Positions 58,249 to 64,000 of a stretch of DNA of 64,000 nucleotides are shown here, piece after piece. The position numbers and the translations under genes were made by a program. This DNA is from Auanema rhodensis (taxonomy: Eukaryota; Animalia; Nematoda): positions 4,340,001-4,404,000 of the forward strand of contig OZ059899.1 of the NCBI GenBank assembly GCA_964057225.1. Reading direction: 5' to 3'. The stretch's first letter is position 1; each line of letters starts with the position of its first letter. The notes under the pieces were generated by a model. That model made no database searches. It was not told the origin of the DNA and was given only the letters and a program-made list of their open reading frames with translations.

Positions 58249-61200
58249 AAAATATAGAAAAGTTAAGAACTCGAAGAATAAAACCAAAACTACTGTTGGA
58301 GATATGGGGAATCGAACCCCAGACTTCTCGCATGCAAAGCGAGCGCTCTACCCCTGAGCTATATCCCCACATTCGACAAAATATATGACTGTGAGTTTGT
58401 TCAAACTTGAAGAACCTCTTGATCAAAAATTTTAGTTGTGAATATTAATTTCTTAATCTAATTTTTCTTTCAATCATTTTGTAAAATTCCTGAAAAAAAA
58501 TATATAAAAGTAAAGAACTTGAAGAATAAAACCAAAACTACTGTTGGAGATATGGGGAATCGAACCCCAGACTTCTCGCATGCAAAGCGAGCGCTCTACC
58601 CCTGAGCTATATCCCCACATTCGACAGAATATATGACTGTGAGTTTGTTCAAACTTGAAGAACCTCTTGATCAAAAATTTTAGTTGTGAATATTAATCTC
58701 CTAATCTAATTTTTGTTTCAATCATTTTGTAAATCTCTTGAAAAAAATATAGAAAAGTAAAGAACTTGAAGAATAAAACCAAAACTACTGTTGGAGATAT
58801 GGGGAATCGAACCCCAGACTTCTCGCATGCAAAGCGAGCGCTCTACCCCTGAGCTATATCCCCAAATTCGACAGAATATATGACTGTGAGTTTGTTCAAA
58901 CTTGAAGAACCTCTTGATCAAAAATTTTAGTTGTGAATATTAATCTCCTAATCTAATTTTTGTTTCAATCATTTTGTAAATCTCTTGAAAAAAATATAGA
59001 AAAGTAAAGAACTTGAAGAATAAAACCAAAACTACTGTTGGAGATATGGGGAATCGAACCCCAGACTTCTCGCATGCAAAGCGAGCGCTCTACCCCTGAG
59101 CTATATCCCCACATTCGACAGAATATATGACTGTTAGTTTGTTCAAACTTGAAGAACCTCTTGATCAAAAATTTTAGTTGTGAATATTAATCTCCTAATC
59201 TAATTTTTGTTTTAATCATTTTGTAAATCTCCTGAAAAAAAATATATAGAAGTAAAGAACTTGAAGAATAAAACCAAAACTACTGTTGGAGATATGGGGA
59301 ATCGAACCCCAGACTTCTCGCATGCAAAGCGAGCGCTCTACCCCTGAGCTATATCCCCACATTCGACAGAATATATGACTGTTAGTTTGTTCAAACTTGA
59401 AGAACCTCTTGATCAAAAATTTTGGTTGTGAATATTAATTTCATAATCTAATTTTTCTTTCAATCATTTTGTAAATCTCCTGAAAAAAAATATATAAAAG
59501 TAAAGAACTTGAAGAATAAAACCAAAACTACTGTTGGAGATATGGGGAATCGAACCCCAGATTTCTCGCATGCAAAGCGAGCGCTCTACCCCTGAGCTAT
59601 ATCCCCACATTCGACAGAATATATGACTGTGAGTTTGTTCAAACTTGAAGAACCTCTTGATCAAAAATTTTGGTTGTGAATATTAATTTCATAATCTAAT
59701 TTTTCTTTCAATCATTTTGTAAATCTCCTGAAAAAAAATATATAAAAGTAAAGAACTTGAAGAATAAAACCAAAACTACTGTTGGAGATATGGGGAATCG
59801 AACCCCAGATTTCTCGCATGCAAAGCGAGCGCTCTACCCCTGAGCTATATCCCCACATTCGACAGAATATATGACTGTGAGTTTGTTCAAACTTGAAGAA
59901 CCTCTTGATCAAAAATTTTAGTTGTGAATATTTATCTCCTAATCTAATTTTTGTTTTAATCATTTTGTAAATCTCCTGAAAAAAAATATAGAAAAGTAAT
60001 GAACTTGAAGAATAAAACCAAAAACTACTGTTGGAGATATGGGGAATCGAACCCCAGATTTCTCGCATGCAAAGCGAGAGCTCTACCCCTGAGCTATATC
60101 CCCACATTCGACAGAATATATGACTGTGAGTTTGTTCAAACTTGAAGAACCTCTTGATCAAAAATTTTAGTTGTGAATATTAATCTCCTAATCTAATTTT
60201 TGTTTTAATCATTTTGTAAATCTCCTGAAAAAAAATATATAGAAGTAAAGAACTTGAAGAATAAAACCAAAACTACTGTTGGAGATATGGGGAATCGAAC
60301 CCCAGACTTCTCGCATGCAAAGCAAGCGCTCTACCCCTGAGCTATATACCCACATTCGACAGAATATATGACTGTGAGTTTGTTCAAATTTGAAGAACCT
60401 CTTGATCAAAAATTTTAGTTGTGAATATTAATCTCCTAATCTAATTTTTGTTTCAATCATTTTGTTAATCTCCTGAAAAAAAATATAGAAAAGTTAAGAA
60501 CTCGAAGAATAAAACCAAAACTACTGTTGGAGATATGGGGAATCGAACCCCAGACTTCTCGCATGCAAAGCGAGCGCTCTACCCCTGAGCTATATCCCCA
60601 CATTCGACAGAATATATGACTGTGAGTTTGTTCAAACTTGAAGAACCTCTTGATCAAAAATTTTGGTTGTGAATATTAATTTCATAATCTAATTTTTCTT
60701 TTAATCATTTTGTAAATCTCCTGAAAAAAAATATATAAAAGTAAAGAACTTGAAGAATAAAACCAAAACTACTGTTGGAGATATGGGGAATCGAACCCCA
60801 GACTTCTTGCATGCAAAGCGAGCGCTCTACCCCTGAGCTATATCCCCACATTCGACAGAATATATGACTGTGAGTTTGTTCAAACTTGAAGAACCTCTTT
60901 ATCAAAAATTTTAGTTGTGAATATTAATCTCCTAATCTAATTTTTGTTTTAATCATTTTGTAAATCTCCTGAAAAAAAATATATAAAAGTAAAGAACTTG
61001 AAGAATAAAACCAAAACTACTGTTGGAGATATGGGGAATCGAACCCCAGATTTCTCGCATGCAAAGCGAGCGCTCTACCCCTGAGCTATATCCGCACATT
61101 CGACAGAGTTAATGACTGTGAGTTTGTTCAAACTTGAAGAACCTCTTGATCAAAAATTTTAGTTGTGAATATTAATTTCCTAATCTAATTTTTCTTTCAA

Positions 61201-63648
61201 TCATTTTGTAAATTTCCTGAAAAAAAATATATAAAAGTAAAGAACTTGAAGAATAAAACCAAAACTACTGTTGGAGATATGGGGAATCGAACCTCAGACT
61301 TCTCGCATGCAAAGCGAGCGCTCTACCCCTGAGCTATATCCCCACATTCGACAGAATATATGACTGTGAGTTTGTTCAAACTTGAAGAACCTCTTGATCA
61401 AAAATTTTAGTTGTGAATATTAATCTCCTAATCTAATTTTTGTTTCAATCATTTTGTGAATCTCCTGAAAAAAAATATAGAAAAGTTAAGAACTCGAAGA
61501 ATAAAACCAAAACTACTGTTGGAGATATGGGGAATCGAACCCCAGACTTCTCGCATGCAAAGCGAGCGCTCTACCCCTGAGCTATATCCCCACATTCGAC
61601 AGAATATATGACTGTGAGTTTGTTCAAACTTGAAGAACCTCTTGATCAAAAATTTTGGTTGTGAATATTAATTTCCTAATCTAATTTTTCTTACAATCAT
61701 TTTGTAAATCTCCTGAAAAAAAATATAGAAAAGTAAAGAACTTGAAGAATAAAACCAAAACTACTGTTGGAGATATGAGGAATCGAACCCCAGACTTCTC
61801 GCATGCAAAGCGAGCGCTCGACCCCTGAGCTATATCCCCACTTTTGACAGAATATATGACTGTGAGTTTTTTCAAACTTGAAGAAGCTCTTGATCAAAAA
61901 TTTTAGTTGTAAATATTAATCTCCTAATCTAATTTTTGTTTCAATCATTTTGTAAATCTCTTGAAAAAAAAATATAGAAAAGTTAAGAACTCGAAGAATA
62001 AAACCAAAACTACTGTTGGAGATATGGGGAATCGAACCCCAGACTTCTCGCATGCAAAGCGAGCGCTCTACCCCTGAGCTATATCCCCACATTCGACAAA
62101 ATATATGACTGTGAGTTTGTTCAAACTTGAAGAACCTCTTGATCAAAAATTTTAGTTGTGAATATTAATTTCCTAATCTAATTTTTCTTTCAATCATTTT
62201 GTAAAATTCCTGAAAAAAAAAATATAAAAGTAAAGAACTTGAAGAATAAAACCAAAACTACTGTTGGAGATATGGGGAATCGAACCCCAGACTTCTCGCA
62301 TGCAAAGCGAGCGCTCTACCCCTGAGCTATATCCCCAAATTCGACAGAATATATGACTGTGAGTTTGTTCAAACTTGAAGAACCTCTTGATCAAAAATTT
62401 TAGTTGTGAATATTAATCTCCTAATCTAATTTTTGTTTCAATCATTTTGTAAATCTCTTGAAAAAAATATAGAAAAGTAAAGAACTTGAAGAATAAAACC
62501 AAAACTACTGTTGGAGATATGGGGAATCGAACCCCAGACTTCTCGCATGCAAAGCGAGCGCTCTACCCCTGAGCTATATCCCCACATTCGACAGAATATA
62601 TGACTGTGAGTTTGTTCAAACTTGAAGAACCTCTTGATCAAAAATTTTGGTTGTGAATATTAATTTCCTAATCTAATTTTTCTTACAATCATTTTGTAAA
62701 TCTCCTGAAAAAAAATATAGAAAAGTAAAGAACTTGAAGAATAAAACCAAAACTACTGTTGGAGATATGAGGAATCGAACCCCAGACTTCTCGCATGCAA
62801 AGCGAGCGCTCGACCCCTGAGCTATATCCCCACATTTGACAGAATATATGACTGTGAGTTTTTTCAAACTTGAAGAAGCTCTTGATCAAAAATTTTAGTT
62901 GTAAATATTAATCTCCTAATCTAATTTTTGTTTCAATCATTTTGTAAAATTCCTGAAAAAAAATATATAAAAGTAAAGAACTTGAAGAATAAAACCAAAA
63001 CTACTGTTGGAGATATGGGGAATCGAACCCCAGACTTCTCGCATGCAAAGCGAGCGCTCTACCCCTGAGCTATATTCCCACATTCGACAGAATATATGAC
63101 TGTGAGTTTGTTCAAACTTGAAGAACCTCTTGATCAAAAATTTTAGTTGTGAATATTAATTTCCTAATCTAATTTTTCTTTCAATCATTTTGTAAAATTC
63201 CTGAAAAAAAATATATAAAAGTAAAGAACTTGAAGAATAAAACCAAAACTACTGTTGGAGATATGGGGAATCGAACCCCAGACTTCTCGCATGCAAAGCG
63301 AGCGCTCTACCCCTGAGCTATATCCCCACATTAGACAGAATATATGACTGTGAGTTTGTTCAAACTTGAAGAACCTCTTGATCAAAAATTTTAGTTGTGA
63401 ATATTAATCTCCTAATCTAATTTTTGTTTCAATCATTTTGTAAATCTCTTGAAAAAAATATAGAAAAGTAAAGAACTTGAAGAATAAAACCAAAACTACT
63501 GTTGGAGATATGGGGAATCGAACCCCAGACTTCTCGCATGCAAAGCGAGCGCTCTACCCCTGAGCTATATCCCCACATTCGACAAAGTTAATGACTGTGA
63601 GTTTGTTCAAACTTGAAGAACCTCTTAATCAAAAATTTTAGTTGTGAA

Positions 63649-64000
63649 TGTCGCTTCGGCGAAGGCATTCCGTGTGATAGTTTTCCGCTGAGATTCGAAT
63701 AACAAATAATCAGTGGTAGAATGCTTTATTAAAGAGAAAGTTAACAATATCAACAAAATATAGATCGTCTATACTCCGTTGAAGTAAGTTGAGGTATATC
63801 GTATTTTCCGATCCCAAAGATGAAGATATGGGAAGGCGGGCCGAAAAGTACAATCTGAAATAGACAAAGTAAAGGAAAACGATAAAAACAAAACTGAAAT
63901 GGAACAAAACATAGAAAAAAGGATAAAAAATAATCGCTAACCGCGACACTGCCGCCGCAGCTAAGCCATTGGCCTTTTGCGACGTTGTCCGTCGCATAAT
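63649..64000 (-). mobile_element. End of a third LTR element, probably BEL/Pao, truncated by the window
   Basis: The array stops abruptly at ...gttgtgaa and unique sequence begins TGTCGC, the same six bases as the first BEL/Pao LTR; minus-strand AATAAA ~75 bp from the terminus and a TTTCAG further in mirror that LTR's layout in reverse. Confidence 0.6.

Larger units (their letters stand above)
42806..63648 (-). repeat. Tandem tRNA-Ala(TGC) array, segment 3 (~84 complete genes)
   Basis: 248-bp periodicity, with a few 247/249-bp units and two 206-bp units; first complete tRNA at 43003-43074, last at 63503-63574. Confidence 0.97.

Noticed and set aside
397-63385. Well over a hundred near-identical 60-83-aa minus-strand ORFs (MIKRFFKFEQ...), and the 149-aa fusion at 59712-60161
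   Set aside because: They are translations through the tRNA gene and spacer, mostly starting at TTG-type codons, and are freely broken or fused by unit variants; not a protein family.
1-63648. CRISPR-like repeat/spacer appearance
   Set aside because: Spacers are near-identical rather than unique, the conserved part is a tRNA, the context is eukaryotic and there are no cas genes.
1-63648. tRNA-derived SINE interpretation of the unit
   Set aside because: The tRNA is complete and followed immediately by a terminator; there are no per-copy TSDs or tails; amplification is tandem.

Overview
Eukaryotic, nematode-like DNA. About 42 kb is a tandem array of a 248-bp unit, each carrying one intronless 72-nt tRNA-Ala(TGC) gene on the minus strand (about 168 complete copies by unit arithmetic, plus one cut by the window start and one split by an insertion). 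Three LTR retroelements interrupt the array. (1) 11559-21139 (+): a decayed BEL/Pao element with a phlebovirus Gc-like env and an extra 3' zinc-knuckle ORF; it has no target-site duplication (TSD) and an internally deleted 3' LTR. (2) 30735-42805 (-): a young, nearly intact Ty3/gypsy-type element inserted inside a tRNA-Ala gene with a 4-bp TSD. Its herpesvirus-gB-like env lies between gag and protease in a single polyprotein, its LTRs end in CG...CG rather than TG...CA, and it has a tRNA-Gln primer site. This is the most unusual object in the window. (3) 63649 to the end: the start of a third, probably BEL/Pao, LTR. The array also shows higher-order duplications (up to 7,647 bp) and one copy whose anticodon has switched to CGC. 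The many ~66-aa ORFs are artefacts of the repeat. All family assignments come from motif recognition by eye, not database searches.
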